From Gemmatimonadota bacterium (GTDB lineage: Bacteria; Gemmatimonadota; Gemmatimonadetes; Longimicrobiales; RSA9): DNA of 15,724 bases. Numbering within the stretch: the stretch's first letter is position 1; the number at the start of each line of letters is the position of its first letter. The translations under genes were made by a program, and so were the position numbers. A model generated the notes under the pieces. It searched no databases. It was not told the DNA's origin and saw nothing but the letters and a program-made list of their open reading frames with translations. The DNA lies in NCBI GenBank assembly GCA_040905425.1, contig JBBDRO010000109.1, positions 1 through 15,724 of the forward strand, written 5' to 3'. This document shows, one piece after another, positions 15,578-15,724 of the stretch.

Positions 15578-15724
15578 CTACAATTCCTCGGCAAACCCCT
15601 TCGGATTTGCGCCGTAGGCGTTGCTACCCTCCTGGCTGTCCTTGACCGTCCAGTAGAGCAGCACCAGCTGGCCGATCAGCGGGATGAAGGTGATGAGGAA
15701 CCACCAGCCGGAGCGCCCCACGTC
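15578..15724 (-). CDS. DUF805 (YhaH/YhaI-like) inner-membrane protein, C-terminal part
   Basis: Manual translation DVGRSGWWFLITFIPLIGQLVLLYWTVKDSQEGSNAYGANPKGFAEEL* matches the DUF805 pattern D.G.SGWW...IP.IG...N.YG..P; 5' end is outside the window. Confidence 0.88.
   Translation of the reverse strand, partial: DVGRSGWWFLITFIPLIGQLVLLYWTVKDSQEGSNAYGANPKGFAEEL

Overview
High-GC (~70%) bacterial DNA; the gene repertoire resembles Gemmatimonadota, which is an inference only. The backbone is mostly peptide/amino-acid scavenging and envelope genes: a partial M20 dipeptidase, a membrane TolB-N/TPR protein, a secreted BNR/VPS10 beta-propeller protein, an S46 dipeptidyl peptidase, a flavin amine/L-amino-acid oxidase and a partial DUF805 gene. 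Between the convergent BNR/VPS10 and S46 genes lies a 4.4-kb block bracketed by two direct copies of a 52-bp hairpin element (6612-6663 and 11023-11074, 50/52 identical). The block carries two tail-to-tail toxin-antitoxin-like modules (HipB-HipA, and a lower-GC wHTH-nucleotidyltransferase/HEPN pair), a PQQ sugar dehydrogenase lipoprotein, a 20-bp tandem hairpin array and a ~110-170-bp degenerate palindrome, but no integrase or transposase. Removing one repeat unit would leave a normal tail-to-tail gene pair sharing one terminator, which suggests an insertion at, and duplication of, a terminator/REP-like hairpin.
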